Below are positions 39,166 through 49,139 of a stretch of DNA of 64,000 bases, in pieces. Below the pieces are notes generated by a model that had not been told where the DNA came from, ran no database searches, and was given only the letters and a program-made list of their open reading frames with translations. The translations under genes were made by a program, and so were the position numbers. The stretch lies in IMG/VR virus record IMGVR_UViG_2061766007_001954. The stretch is one strand, 5' to 3'. Within the stretch, counting starts at the first letter, position 1; every line of letters begins with the position of its first letter. This stretch comes from an uncultured virus (IMG/VR IMGVR_UViG_2061766007_001954). Taxonomy: Duplodnaviria; Heunggongvirae; Uroviricota; Caudoviricetes.

Positions 39166-40171
39166 GTTAAACCTGTATGACTTGAATAAAGTTGACACGA
39201 CGTGGAGAGACGGACGAATCCCCAAGAAGACGCCGGGTGAATTTCGGGAGATTAAAATCCCGAACGATGATCTGAAGCGTGTACAGAAGGATGTCCTAGA
39301 GTATCTGTATGCGTTGATCAGAGCTGGTACCATTAAAGTATCCGCATGCGCACATGGGTTCATCCCAGGCAGGGGCTGTATGAGTTCCATCGTCAAGCAT
39401 AGCCGGGAACCGAGATGTATGATTACGTTGGATATGAAGGATTTCTTCAACAACTGCAAGCCCGAGTTCTCGGAGGCTCCTATGCTGGACGGCGGTGTAC
39501 CAAAGCCCTATGTCAGAGGCATCATGCGAGTATGTGTTTGCAATGGCATCCTGCCGCAAGGTGGTCCAGCAAGCCCGATGCTGACGAACATCGCGATGTT
39601 CAACGCCGACAACATGATCGCTGCTTATGCGAAAGAGCACGGATTCGTGTACACCCGTTATGCGGATGACATGTGTTTCACACTAGAAGACATAAGCCCT
39701 TCGACCGAACACATGCTACAGAAAGCACACGAGGCACACTCGAAGAATCCGTTCGTCTGGTTCATCATGGGTGTGGAGACAATTCTGAAGAACAGTATGG
39801 GACTGGAACTCAATCACAAGAAAGACCACATTGTGTTCTACAGATCCCCGCATGCCAGCATGAAAACGCTTGGTATCGTCATTCGTCAGGATGGTTTCGG
39901 CTATGATGCTCCCATGTTGTATCGCCGCAAAACACGCGCCGCTGTGTGCAACCTTTATCACAAAGTGTTCGATCAACAGGGCGGAAAAATTGAGTACGAT
40001 GACAAGAAAGAATGGGCGTGCATCGTTGGCCGCATCATGTACATGAACGCTGTCAGAGCCGAATCAGACGACGGCCATGATGGATTCGATCCGCTGATCC
40101 AGGAAAAGTTCTTCAAACCATTGGAGGTCCATTTTGGAGCAGCAGCAGAAGTACAACGAACTGCTGGCTAA
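39164..40171 (+). CDS. retron-type reverse transcriptase
   Basis: IPKK..FREI, AHGF..GR, SIVKH, LDMKDFF, LPQGGPASP, YTRYADD, TLG. Confidence 0.88.
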   Translation: MLNLYDLNKVDTTWRDGRIPKKTPGEFREIKIPNDDLKRVQKDVLEYLYALIRAGTIKVSACAHGFIPGRGCMSSIVKHSREPRCMITLDMKDFFNNCKPEFSEAPMLDGGVPKPYVRGIMRVCVCNGILPQGGPASPMLTNIAMFNADNMIAAYAKEHGFVYTRYADDMCFTLEDISPSTEHMLQKAHEAHSKNPFVWFIMGVETILKNSMGLELNHKKDHIVFYRSPHASMKTLGIVIRQDGFGYDAPMLYRRKTRAAVCNLYHKVFDQQGGKIEYDDKKEWACIVGRIMYMNAVRAESDDGHDGFDPLIQEKFFKPLEVHFGAAAEVQRTAG

Positions 40172-42092
40172 GGCGCTGGAAGCAGAGCGTGCGTATTACG
40201 AGTTCGACAATCCGATTATGTCGGATGCTGACTATGATGCAATCATACGAAGTCTGAAAGCGCTGGAAGACGCGGCCCCCGACATCAAGAGTCCCAACAG
40301 TCCAACAACCAGAGTAGGCGGCAAGCCTGTTAATACATTTGCAAAGATTCAGTTTCCTTATAGGATGCTGTCCCTAAAGAATGCGTTTACGGAAGACGAC
40401 ATCAACGACTATCTTGCTAAGACCAAAGAATATGCTGGCCTTGGCTGGTGTGTACAGCCGAAACTGGACGGGTTGACATTGGTGTTGTTCTATGAGCATG
40501 GTACTCTTGTGAAAGCAGCCACCCGAGGAAACGGTGATGTTGGCGAAGATGTCACACTGAATGCTATGGCAATAAAAACAATCCCCGTGACAGTACAGCA
40601 GGAACAGTTAATTGTCCGTGGGGAAGTTGTCATGCATAAGCAGGACTTCGAGGAGCTTAACGCTCACAGAGCTGACAGAGGATTGCCGCTCTATGCCAAT
40701 GCACGCAATGTCGCAGCTGGCTCCATACGTCAGAAGGACCCGTCAATAACAGCATCCAGGAATCTCGTATTCTATGCTTACGACGTGCCGGGCTATAATG
40801 CCGGTACAGAAAAGCAGATGCTGGCACTTCTTGAAAAGAACGGATTCACGGTTCCACAGACCAGCTTCGTTCCTATCAGCTTCCCGAATTACGATGATAT
40901 CGCAAACATCGAGATCCAGGAAGTCAAGAAACATGAAGTCGATATCCCATATGCAATCGACGGGGCTGTCATTAAAACAGATGACCGCCGGCAGAGAGCA
41001 TCACTGGGAGTAGGCACACATGATCCCAACTGGGCTATAGCGTTCAAATTCACACCTGTGGAAGCCGTTACCATGCTGAAAGGAGTCACATGGCAGATAG
41101 GCAGAAAAGGTACGCTTACACCTGTTGCAGTTCTTGATCCTGTTGATCTGTGTGGAACTACAGTGGAGCACGCAAGTCTGCATAACATCGACTATATACG
41201 GGAAATGGATCTTAAACTGGGTGATATGGTTGCCGTCTATAAGGCAGCTGAAATTATTCCGCAGCTGGATCATGTCGTTGAGTCGATGGGGGGTGCACCT
41301 GTTGTGTTTCCAAAGCTGTGTCCTGAATGCGGTGCAGAACTCGTGAGAGATGGTGCAGCGCTTCTGTGTGTCAATGAAGACTGTATGGCAAAGACGAAAG
41401 CAGAAATCTGCTATTTCGTCAGCCGGCAGTGCATGGACATCAGGGGCATTGCAATCGCCATGATAGAAAGACTGGTCGAGAAAGGCAAGCTACGGTCGCC
41501 TGCTGATCTGTATAAACTGACAAAGGAAGATCTTATGCTTCCTGGCATCAGCAAGGATCTGAAGGCTGACTCGGTACTGGCTGAAATCGAAAAGTCCAAA
41601 CAGAAACCCTTTGATCGTGTGTTGTGCGCAATCGGTATCGACTGCATCGGTACGACAGGTGCCACTACTGTGGCTAATCACTTCGGCTCCATGCTGGCAT
41701 TGCTTAAGGCATCCATTCCGGAGATAGCAGCTATCGAAGGATTCGCTGAAACAACCGCACGCGCTATCTTCACCAGCATTCACAGTCCACGCAAAGCAGA
41801 GCTTATCAACGAGCTTTCGTTGCAGGGGCTTTGTATGAAGCAGGAGAGGAAAGAGCTCTCCAGCGAAAAGCTGAAAAGTCTATCATTCTGCATTACAGGA
41901 ACTCTGTCACAAAGCAGAGATCAAATCAAGAAACTTATTGAGGACAATGGAGGCAAATTCGTAACATCGATTTCTTCCAGCACGTCCTATCTCGTAGCCG
42001 GGGATGGTGGAGGTTCAAAAAGATCCAAAGCAGAGAAACTCGGTATTACAATCATCAATGAACAACAACTCAAGGATCTCCTATGTCAATAG
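40134..42092 (+). CDS. ligA: NAD-dependent DNA ligase
   Basis: MSDADYD, PKLDG, TRGNG, VRGE, DGAVIK, CPEC, BRCT domain. Confidence 0.95.
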   Translation: MEQQQKYNELLAKALEAERAYYEFDNPIMSDADYDAIIRSLKALEDAAPDIKSPNSPTTRVGGKPVNTFAKIQFPYRMLSLKNAFTEDDINDYLAKTKEYAGLGWCVQPKLDGLTLVLFYEHGTLVKAATRGNGDVGEDVTLNAMAIKTIPVTVQQEQLIVRGEVVMHKQDFEELNAHRADRGLPLYANARNVAAGSIRQKDPSITASRNLVFYAYDVPGYNAGTEKQMLALLEKNGFTVPQTSFVPISFPNYDDIANIEIQEVKKHEVDIPYAIDGAVIKTDDRRQRASLGVGTHDPNWAIAFKFTPVEAVTMLKGVTWQIGRKGTLTPVAVLDPVDLCGTTVEHASLHNIDYIREMDLKLGDMVAVYKAAEIIPQLDHVVESMGGAPVVFPKLCPECGAELVRDGAALLCVNEDCMAKTKAEICYFVSRQCMDIRGIAIAMIERLVEKGKLRSPADLYKLTKEDLMLPGISKDLKADSVLAEIEKSKQKPFDRVLCAIGIDCIGTTGATTVANHFGSMLALLKASIPEIAAIEGFAETTARAIFTSIHSPRKAELINELSLQGLCMKQERKELSSEKLKSLSFCITGTLSQSRDQIKKLIEDNGGKFVTSISSSTSYLVAGDGGGSKRSKAEKLGITIINEQQLKDLLCQ

Positions 42093-43030
42093 GCGACATT
42101 GATAGCACACTGCCTGTCGGGCAGATGCATCTTGTCGAGCGTTCATCAGATCTTTTCCATCAGCACGGAGGTATAGCAACAGCTGTGCAGTTCGATTCGC
42201 TGGAGGAAATGTCCCTTGATAAATTTCTGACCGAAGTGGCTCCGACCATGAAAGACAGAAAGGATACCTTCATGGTGATCAAGGACACGACGCATGATCA
42301 GCTCGTCCGTATCCTGGGAGACAACGTTGCCATTTACCACGTGACTGGCATGCAGGATGTCTTCTATGATGCATTCGTGGAGCGGCTGGTCTCTGGTGAG
42401 AAGATCACGATTACACCAAATCTTCGCTATCCACTTATCCAGTGGAAAGTGGATGAAGACGGTTCCCGTGACATCACTGTCGAAATTCCTCCGCAGCTCT
42501 TCGAGATGGAAGTCAACGGAATCTCAAAAAGATTTCCGATCTACCATCCTTTGATGTGGATGCGTGTGAGGCTGACTCCTGCGAACGTTCCGACCATGAC
42601 CCGTATGGCAGCCCTAAGAGAGCATGTCGATGATCTTGACAATGCGCAGCTCGGCCACATGCCGTTCCCCAATGTGCATGATAGCGGTGATATCTGCTGG
42701 GGACACACTGCCTACCAGACTCCAAAAGGTGTAAAACTCACGGAATCGGTGGCAATTGAACTCACATACAGACGCTTCTTCAACTCACAGTTCAATTACG
42801 ACTTGCTGTCAAGTCGTGATATGAGCGAGATCGAACGCATCTATGATAAGATGCCGAAAATCAAGGAGTTTCATGATATGCTCACAAGTCGTCGTGGCGA
42901 CAGCGGAAGCAGCTATCGTCACATGATCCGACTTGCCCGTGTCTTTTCGGAGCTGGATGGTGTGCGACAGTTCAAGCCTTACAACAGCATGTCAGCGACC
43001 GACTTCCTGGCTCGGAGCAGCCGGCGATGA
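42083..43030 (+). CDS. prokaryotic E2-like ubiquitin-conjugating protein
   Basis: HMPFPNVHDSGDICWG, FFNSQFNYDL. Confidence 0.75.
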   Translation: MSIGDIDSTLPVGQMHLVERSSDLFHQHGGIATAVQFDSLEEMSLDKFLTEVAPTMKDRKDTFMVIKDTTHDQLVRILGDNVAIYHVTGMQDVFYDAFVERLVSGEKITITPNLRYPLIQWKVDEDGSRDITVEIPPQLFEMEVNGISKRFPIYHPLMWMRVRLTPANVPTMTRMAALREHVDDLDNAQLGHMPFPNVHDSGDICWGHTAYQTPKGVKLTESVAIELTYRRFFNSQFNYDLLSSRDMSEIERIYDKMPKIKEFHDMLTSRRGDSGSSYRHMIRLARVFSELDGVRQFKPYNSMSATDFLARSSRR

Positions 43031-43236
43031 GAACACTGAAACACCGTAAGCACATGACCCGTGTTCGCAGACAGCCGCTCATGATAAAGGGTCTTCCTGA
43101 TCCTTTCGATAGAGCGGTAAAGTTCAATGCGAGTTTCGAGTCCGCACTAACCGTTACGCGGAGCTTCACACTGTCAAGGGATGTCCAAGGCTGTGTCGAA
43201 GATGCCCTGCGTCGGGAGATGAAAAAGAATGTCTAA
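43027..43236 (+). CDS. hypothetical protein
   Basis: Coupled ORF inside the Ub cassette. Confidence 0.5.
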   Translation: MRTLKHRKHMTRVRRQPLMIKGLPDPFDRAVKFNASFESALTVTRSFTLSRDVQGCVEDALRREMKKNV

Positions 43237-44752
43237 AAATTTGGTGGTTTGCCAGGACGGTTGCCGTGTCCGCCTGGAATCCGCGGTATTTGAAGGTTGG
43301 ATCAAACCAAAGAATGTCGATGACCTGCAGACGTACTCTTCCAAGACACTTGATGAGACCAAGTACCCTGGCCCCAAGTGGATCGGTTCGAAGATGCCAG
43401 CAGCACTCATGCAGCAAGTTCTGGGTACGATCCATGAGTTTCCGCGCATGGAAACAGCCTATACGCTCTACTACAATACGGCGACACGCGAATGGGCAGT
43501 CAAGTGTCCGGACCAGTCAGGTGCCGGAGCTTCTGTGCATTTCTATGACGACGGTACAGGAATGCCTGAAGGTTTCACTTTGATGGGCAGCATCCATACG
43601 CATCCAGAAATGGGTGCGTTCTGGAGCGGCACCGACCTGAACGATCAGCAGTTCAAAGCTGGGCTCCATATCGTCTTCGGCCTCAGAAATGGCCTCGTTT
43701 CCCAGTACAAATGTACCGGATTCTTCCCGAGCATGCAACAGGATCAGGAACTGTGGGATGTGCTTGAAGAGGTGGACTTCGGTCAGGTCTATGAACCTGT
43801 GGCTGAATGGGTCGAAACGATCAAGAAGCAGGCTTATCACCCTCCGGTCAGGACCACCTGGTATGGGCAGTATTCCTATCCTGCCGGCGGTGGTTACTAT
43901 TCGGTCAACAAGGATGGCTCTTACACCTACCATTACGGTTATCCGCAGAAGCCTGCAAATCAGTGCTATGGCGGATACGGTGGGTATGGAGGTGTTGACT
44001 ACGGCTATGGCTATGGAGGCTATGGTTATGGCTGGAACTGGGGCGGTAAGAAGGACAAGCACAGCAAACACAACAAGCAGCGTTCCTACTGGCGTGATTA
44101 CTGGGATGACTATGATGAAGGCGAGTACGACTATGATCTGCTTCCGTCCGTCGTCAAGGGGCAGACCAGTAGCACCGCAGGTGTCAAGATCACCACCCAG
44201 AAAGAGAAGGACGACGATGATGCTACCCCTGCAGCAGCCCCTACGGAGACGCAGGATATCGGTGACACCACTGAGTTCAAAGTTGCGTTGCTGGATGCAC
44301 TGAATGATCCAACCCTGGCAGCCAGACTCGTCGACGTCTTCACGGACCCGGATGTTCGTCAGCCACTGGAGATGATCGCCGGCCTCTCTGTGACCGATAC
44401 TTTCGACAAGTCAGACGTGCTGCTGTCGATCGAAACGTTCATGACAGGCGAAACTGTGCTGGCTGATATGGACGACGAGGAAGCCCGTCAGATCTTCGAA
44501 GGACTGATGGATCTGAAACCAGATCTCAATGTGGTCGATTCCACAAATGCGCTCGGAAATGACACCAATATTACTTCGCTGTGCAATCTGATGGTTAACG
44601 CTGTCAATGCATACACAGAGTCTGAGTGTGTGTCTTCCGATGTGCTGAATGAGTGGCTTCGCATCCTGAAAGACTCCTATGAAGCGTTGCTCACCATGAA
44701 GGCTGCCTATGACAATCCTGAAGTCGAGGAGCCCGGAGAAGAGCAATGCTGA
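43229..44752 (+). CDS. JAB/JAMM peptidase with G/Y-rich linker and acidic C-terminal domain
   Basis: E..., GSIHTHPEMGAFWSGTD (HxH-x7-SxxD). Confidence 0.85.
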   Translation: MSKNLVVCQDGCRVRLESAVFEGWIKPKNVDDLQTYSSKTLDETKYPGPKWIGSKMPAALMQQVLGTIHEFPRMETAYTLYYNTATREWAVKCPDQSGAGASVHFYDDGTGMPEGFTLMGSIHTHPEMGAFWSGTDLNDQQFKAGLHIVFGLRNGLVSQYKCTGFFPSMQQDQELWDVLEEVDFGQVYEPVAEWVETIKKQAYHPPVRTTWYGQYSYPAGGGYYSVNKDGSYTYHYGYPQKPANQCYGGYGGYGGVDYGYGYGGYGYGWNWGGKKDKHSKHNKQRSYWRDYWDDYDEGEYDYDLLPSVVKGQTSSTAGVKITTQKEKDDDDATPAAAPTETQDIGDTTEFKVALLDALNDPTLAARLVDVFTDPDVRQPLEMIAGLSVTDTFDKSDVLLSIETFMTGETVLADMDDEEARQIFEGLMDLKPDLNVVDSTNALGNDTNITSLCNLMVNAVNAYTESECVSSDVLNEWLRILKDSYEALLTMKAAYDNPEVEEPGEEQC

Positions 44753-45660
44753 GGACCTACGTCGTCGGCTGTGGTGGTATCGGAGGATACATCACCCAGC
44801 TGCTGTCAGAGTGCTGCGCAAGCCTCTGTCTGGACTATCTGGAAAAGCATCATATCGACATTACGCCCTATATGGCGAATGCAGGCAACTGTGTGCTTCC
44901 GTCCATCGTCAACAGCATTACGCTGATCGATGGGGACACGTTCGACCCGCATAATGCCATCAGACAAGGTGCCGGTGCAGGTAACAAGATGCTGCAGCGA
45001 ATGCTCGAACTGCAGGACAAGATGGTCCGCAAAACATTCCTCCGTAACGTCCGATTGGACGGATTCAACCAGTATGTGAATCCGCAAAACATCGGACAGA
45101 TCATTCCGATCACCGAAACCATCGAGAACGAGGAAAACCAGAAAGCCTTTGAGGCAATCGGCAGCCCCGCTTCTATGATGGCTGACTATTTCTATTCACA
45201 AGACGTTCCTGTCATCTTTGTTTGCGTCGACAACGCCAAGACAAGGTACGAGCTCTCCATGTACGCTGAAGGGTTCGACAATATCCTGGTGATCAACGGC
45301 GGAAATGAGAAGACAACGGGACAGGTCAATGTCTATGAAAGGCGTGGAGGGCAAGCTCTTGATCCGAATCTGCCGGAGCTGTTCCCCAATATTCGGCCTG
45401 ATGTGGACAAGCGGCCTGACGAGTTGGCTTGCACGATGATCGCGCCCAAGCACGACCAAATCGCGTTAACTAACTGCGCCGTTGCCATCAAGATGATGGA
45501 AATGTTTGTGCACTGGGTATCACATGGAACGCTTGACGACTTCCCCGGTCGTAGAGGCGCAAAGTGCAGATACAACGAAGTGGTACTGGACGAAGAGACT
45601 CTCAAGTCCGTACCGATTTACCACTCTCTCGCAACCTCACAAGGAGAACAATCAGCATGA
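44746..45660 (+). CDS. ThiF/E1-like ubiquitin-activating enzyme
   Basis: VVGCGGIGG, LIDGDTFDPHNAIRQ, VCVDN.KTR, candidate catalytic DELAC. Confidence 0.88.
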   Translation: MLRTYVVGCGGIGGYITQLLSECCASLCLDYLEKHHIDITPYMANAGNCVLPSIVNSITLIDGDTFDPHNAIRQGAGAGNKMLQRMLELQDKMVRKTFLRNVRLDGFNQYVNPQNIGQIIPITETIENEENQKAFEAIGSPASMMADYFYSQDVPVIFVCVDNAKTRYELSMYAEGFDNILVINGGNEKTTGQVNVYERRGGQALDPNLPELFPNIRPDVDKRPDELACTMIAPKHDQIALTNCAVAIKMMEMFVHWVSHGTLDDFPGRRGAKCRYNEVVLDEETLKSVPIYHSLATSQGEQSA

Positions 45661-46028
45661 GAGAAAAGACTGTGACCTTCCTGGTCCGCAGTGCCCGAAA
45701 CAACCGCATGACGGTTCCGGGCGACACCACTGTGAACAAGCTGCGCTCTGCGCTTGAACGCGGTGGCTACGATGTCGAAGATGCGAAGATTCGCATCATT
45801 CGCGATGGCCGCTCCTTCATCGGCCATGTCAAGAACGTGCTTCTGCATGACAATGACCTCGTTGTCTTTGACACCAAGGACGTCCAGGTCCGTGTGTCCC
45901 GCGACATCAAGCGGACGCCCGTTGCCGCTGGCTGCAGCCCCGAATGCTGCACTGACCGCGCAGAACAGATGAAGACCAACATCCTGAAGGCCCTTGAAGA
46001 TTTCAAGAAGGCCGTCGTTAACGCCTGA
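45657..46028 (+). CDS. ubiquitin-like (beta-grasp) protein with C-terminal extension
   Basis: TVTFLV..MTVPGDTTVNKLRSAL..LHDNDLVVF pattern; AAGGAG RBS. Confidence 0.6.
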   Translation: MREKTVTFLVRSARNNRMTVPGDTTVNKLRSALERGGYDVEDAKIRIIRDGRSFIGHVKNVLLHDNDLVVFDTKDVQVRVSRDIKRTPVAAGCSPECCTDRAEQMKTNILKALEDFKKAVVNA

Positions 46029-46078
46029 TACAGGCAACCTTTTCTGATCCAAAACAACAAAACACAAAGGACACAACT

Positions 46079-46666
46079 ATGTCTCTGACCATCACCCTCA
46101 TCGACTCCGACAACAACACCAAGAACGTCGTCGTCCCGAACGGCTACACCTTCAATCAGATCCTCGCCATGGACGAAGTGGAAGACCTCTTCTCCGTCAC
46201 CACTGCTGACGACGCCGTCGTCGCAATCAATGACACTGACATCACCGAAGGCGGCCGCCTCGCTGACATGCTGCGCGGCGCCGAAGCCCAGAGCGGCGAT
46301 ACCATCGAATTCGACGCCATGTTCGACATGGATGAGGAAGACCTCGCTGAAGAGCTCGACGGCGCCGGGACCGGTTCCGCCGATGCTCCGACCGTGAGCT
46401 CCACTGTCGGCCACGTCATCGTCCAGATCTCCGGCGGTATCATCTCCGTGAAGCTCGCTATCACCCCGGGCGTCACCACCCTCGCCGATGCTCTCTCCAA
46501 CAGCGCCGTTCAGGTCCGCTCCGGCATGTCCGCCGCACAGCTGGCCGAGGCCACCGTCCAGTACCAGGGCTCCTACTACAATGACGCAGCGTCCCGCCGT
46601 GGCGCCATCCTCCGCGATGGTACGGTAATCGACGTCAATCCGCGTCAGGCCTCCACGAAGGGCTAA
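46079..46666 (+). CDS. tandem two-domain ubiquitin-like protein ending in Gly
   Basis: Two beta-grasp-like repeats (..SGDTIEF; ..LRDGTVIDV), acidic linker, C-terminal STKG. Confidence 0.7.
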   Translation: MSLTITLIDSDNNTKNVVVPNGYTFNQILAMDEVEDLFSVTTADDAVVAINDTDITEGGRLADMLRGAEAQSGDTIEFDAMFDMDEEDLAEELDGAGTGSADAPTVSSTVGHVIVQISGGIISVKLAITPGVTTLADALSNSAVQVRSGMSAAQLAEATVQYQGSYYNDAASRRGAILRDGTVIDVNPRQASTKG

Positions 46667-46689
46667 TCAAATCTAAGGAGCTATAACTC

Positions 46690-47157
46690 ATGCAACCTCG
46701 CACTTGGCACATTTCTATTCCTGTAAGGCCTAAAGCCGTCCAATCCGCACGACATTCCGGAAGGTTTGTCTATGTGGATCCCAAAATCCGTAAATGGAAG
46801 GACGAGATCAGGCCCTACATTGAAAGTGCTTGTGCGGGGCTGCCTCCGTCTAAGCTACCCATACGTGTACTGGCTTTACGCTATTACTACAGGCTCCCAA
46901 AAGGAGCCAAGAAGAAAGTCATCCAATATGTCAAAGACGGCGGGATTATTCCATATCTTGCTCCTGCAGACATTACAGACAATCTCAATAAGGGTGTTAT
47001 AGACGTGTGCAAGGGTCTAGTATTTGAAGACGATGCTCAAATATGGATGATCAACGGAGAGGTTACCAAGCAGTATGCTCTTGAAGATCACATCGAACTC
47101 GAATTCGAAGAGACACCCGGAGTTATGCTCATAGACGGCTCAATCATCGGTGAGTGA
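46690..47157 (+). CDS. rusA: RusA-like Holliday junction resolvase
   Basis: PADITDNLNKGVID..FEDDAQI. Confidence 0.8.
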   Translation: MQPRTWHISIPVRPKAVQSARHSGRFVYVDPKIRKWKDEIRPYIESACAGLPPSKLPIRVLALRYYYRLPKGAKKKVIQYVKDGGIIPYLAPADITDNLNKGVIDVCKGLVFEDDAQIWMINGEVTKQYALEDHIELEFEETPGVMLIDGSIIGE

Positions 47158-47527
47158 AGCGACGCGTTTCCACACAACGGAAGCGCTACTCCACGAACGC
47201 GAACAACTGCATAAGCTGGTTGACTATTGCTGGGTGATACTTCCCTACACAAGGGATGACGTCTACCGGATGATAGCAACCAGCCTTTCTGTAGATGCTA
47301 TTCACATCAGTGACATGTCTACAGAGCAGATTAAAACAACAGCAGCATTCTTTCACTCGCTGCTCGAAGAGTACGCACCATGTAGGGACTGTGAGCGCGG
47401 CAGACCTTCCTCATATGGAGTCTACCAGTGTCCATATCCTTACTGGTGTAGACCGGAAAACAGCCACAGGAAGTGTGATTACTATGTTCCGCGAAATATT
47501 TCCTCCAAAGGATCCTCACAATCCTGA
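47150..47527 (+). CDS. hypothetical phage protein (DUF3268-like) with Cys cluster
   Basis: RE.LH..VD..W, RDDVY..IA, HISDMS. Confidence 0.5.
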   Translation: MSEATRFHTTEALLHEREQLHKLVDYCWVILPYTRDDVYRMIATSLSVDAIHISDMSTEQIKTTAAFFHSLLEEYAPCRDCERGRPSSYGVYQCPYPYWCRPENSHRKCDYYVPRNISSKGSSQS

Positions 47528-47972
47528 TCCTGAAAAACGCATCGATTGTGGTGCACCCACTTGGATGGAACAGCTCACGGGCAAACAGCAAATAGCCTTC
47601 AACATCAAAGGTAAGGCAAAACTGGACTTTGAACTTATATTCAGGCTATTCCAATCGCAGCTGCTAGAATATGTTCCGATACTGGAGCGAGAGTTTCCAG
47701 GTGTGGACTTCACTGTTAAGTGCAATAGGCTCTATGTTCATGTCGATGTTCAGGAACTGTGTGACACACGGCCCCTGACATCACAATTCACACCGGCATC
47801 CTATGTGCATAATCAGACTTATGTCAAGATCAGGGATATCACAAGTATCATCGACTGCATCTATGACAGAGTCCTGGAGATACATGTAACAAAGATGCTG
47901 AAAGGACGGGCAATATCTGATGAAGCAAATTCTGAAGGATATCTGGGCAGCGACAGCCAGAGCCAATCCTAA
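47484..47972 (+). CDS. hypothetical protein
   Basis: Operon ORF. Confidence 0.55.
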   Translation: MFREIFPPKDPHNPDPEKRIDCGAPTWMEQLTGKQQIAFNIKGKAKLDFELIFRLFQSQLLEYVPILEREFPGVDFTVKCNRLYVHVDVQELCDTRPLTSQFTPASYVHNQTYVKIRDITSIIDCIYDRVLEIHVTKMLKGRAISDEANSEGYLGSDSQSQS

Positions 47973-49098
47973 AGATAAGACAGCATGTCGCTTTCAGACG
48001 ATGCTTGTAGACAGCCTTGCAGACATTTACGCATGTTCAAGAGGTGTTTACTACGATTACGCGCCAACCGAAAAGCTGGAGCTCAACAAGCATTATGCGG
48101 TAGACGACCTGCCGTTTAAGAAATTGCAGGATCCGGAAAAGGTGCTAGCAGAGAGTATGTTCTATCCTGGAGCAATTCCACTGACAGACAACTCGACGTT
48201 GGAAGCACTATTCCTGAACGACGGTCCTTGTAAGGCTAACCATGAGCTCGCAGTCTTCGATCGCAAAGGTAACACAGCATGCTTCAGAGGAGGGCTCCCA
48301 TGGGGAGACGCAACCTACTTTGAGTGGGTACGCAAGGTGCTGTTCTTCATACCTGATGAAGTTAAATGGCGCGTTCAGAAGTCAGTCACGTTGAAAGAGC
48401 TGAATGCACAACTTGTACGTCTTAAGACGTCACCGGATATAGCATTACTCCTGGGCAGTGCTACGTCCTGGTTGCTTGTTCCAATGTCCAGGATTTCAAA
48501 CAGCAGCGAGTTGAATGAGAATCTGTTCATAGACGGCTGTCAGTTCAGGCTTGACGGTTGGAATAACGAGAGCAGAACTTATTCGAGACTCGTCGAGGTG
48601 GTAAGTAAGACCATGAGAGGACTTGCAAACCCGACAAAAGCGGCGAAGCAGACAGCTCAGGCTGCACCGCCTCCCGCCCCAGCGGCACCTCCTGAGCCAG
48701 AGATGCCACCCGCTCAGCTAATCGAAGAACCGGTTCCACAGGTTGAAGAGGTTCAGCCGGAACTGGCAGAAGAAATTGCTGAACAGGCTCCTGAAGCAAC
48801 GGCACCTGTGCCGGAGCATCAGCTAATCGAACCCCAGGAGGATGAGGCGCCAAAGCGTACAAGAACACGCAAGGCTCCCACCGCAGCTACTCCTGCAAAT
48901 GCAAAAGCACTTGAAGAAGTGGCTGCCTATCTGGGATCTCCTGTTGCCGATTCAATGACGATGGAAGAAATCGATGAAGAGATTCGGAAATGTCGGGATC
49001 TCGGCGTGGTGCTCTCCCGTCGTATGGCTAATCTCTACGCAGCAGGCACGCTTATTCCAAAGAAGAAGCTTGCAGCTGTTAGAGAAGCCATGAACTGA
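47920..49098 (+). CDS. hypothetical protein with Pro/Glu-rich linker
   Basis: 392-aa ORF followed by a terminator. Confidence 0.7.
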   Translation: MKQILKDIWAATARANPKDKTACRFQTMLVDSLADIYACSRGVYYDYAPTEKLELNKHYAVDDLPFKKLQDPEKVLAESMFYPGAIPLTDNSTLEALFLNDGPCKANHELAVFDRKGNTACFRGGLPWGDATYFEWVRKVLFFIPDEVKWRVQKSVTLKELNAQLVRLKTSPDIALLLGSATSWLLVPMSRISNSSELNENLFIDGCQFRLDGWNNESRTYSRLVEVVSKTMRGLANPTKAAKQTAQAAPPPAPAAPPEPEMPPAQLIEEPVPQVEEVQPELAEEIAEQAPEATAPVPEHQLIEPQEDEAPKRTRTRKAPTAATPANAKALEEVAAYLGSPVADSMTMEEIDEEIRKCRDLGVVLSRRMANLYAAGTLIPKKKLAAVREAMN

Positions 49099-49108
49099 CA
49101 AGAAGGAT

Positions 49109-49135
49109 GTCGCCCGGAAACCGGGCGACTTTTTT
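49109..49135 (+). terminator. intrinsic terminator
   Basis: GTCGCCCGG-AAA-CCGGGCGAC-TTTTTT. Confidence 0.85.
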
Positions 49136-49139
49136 AATC

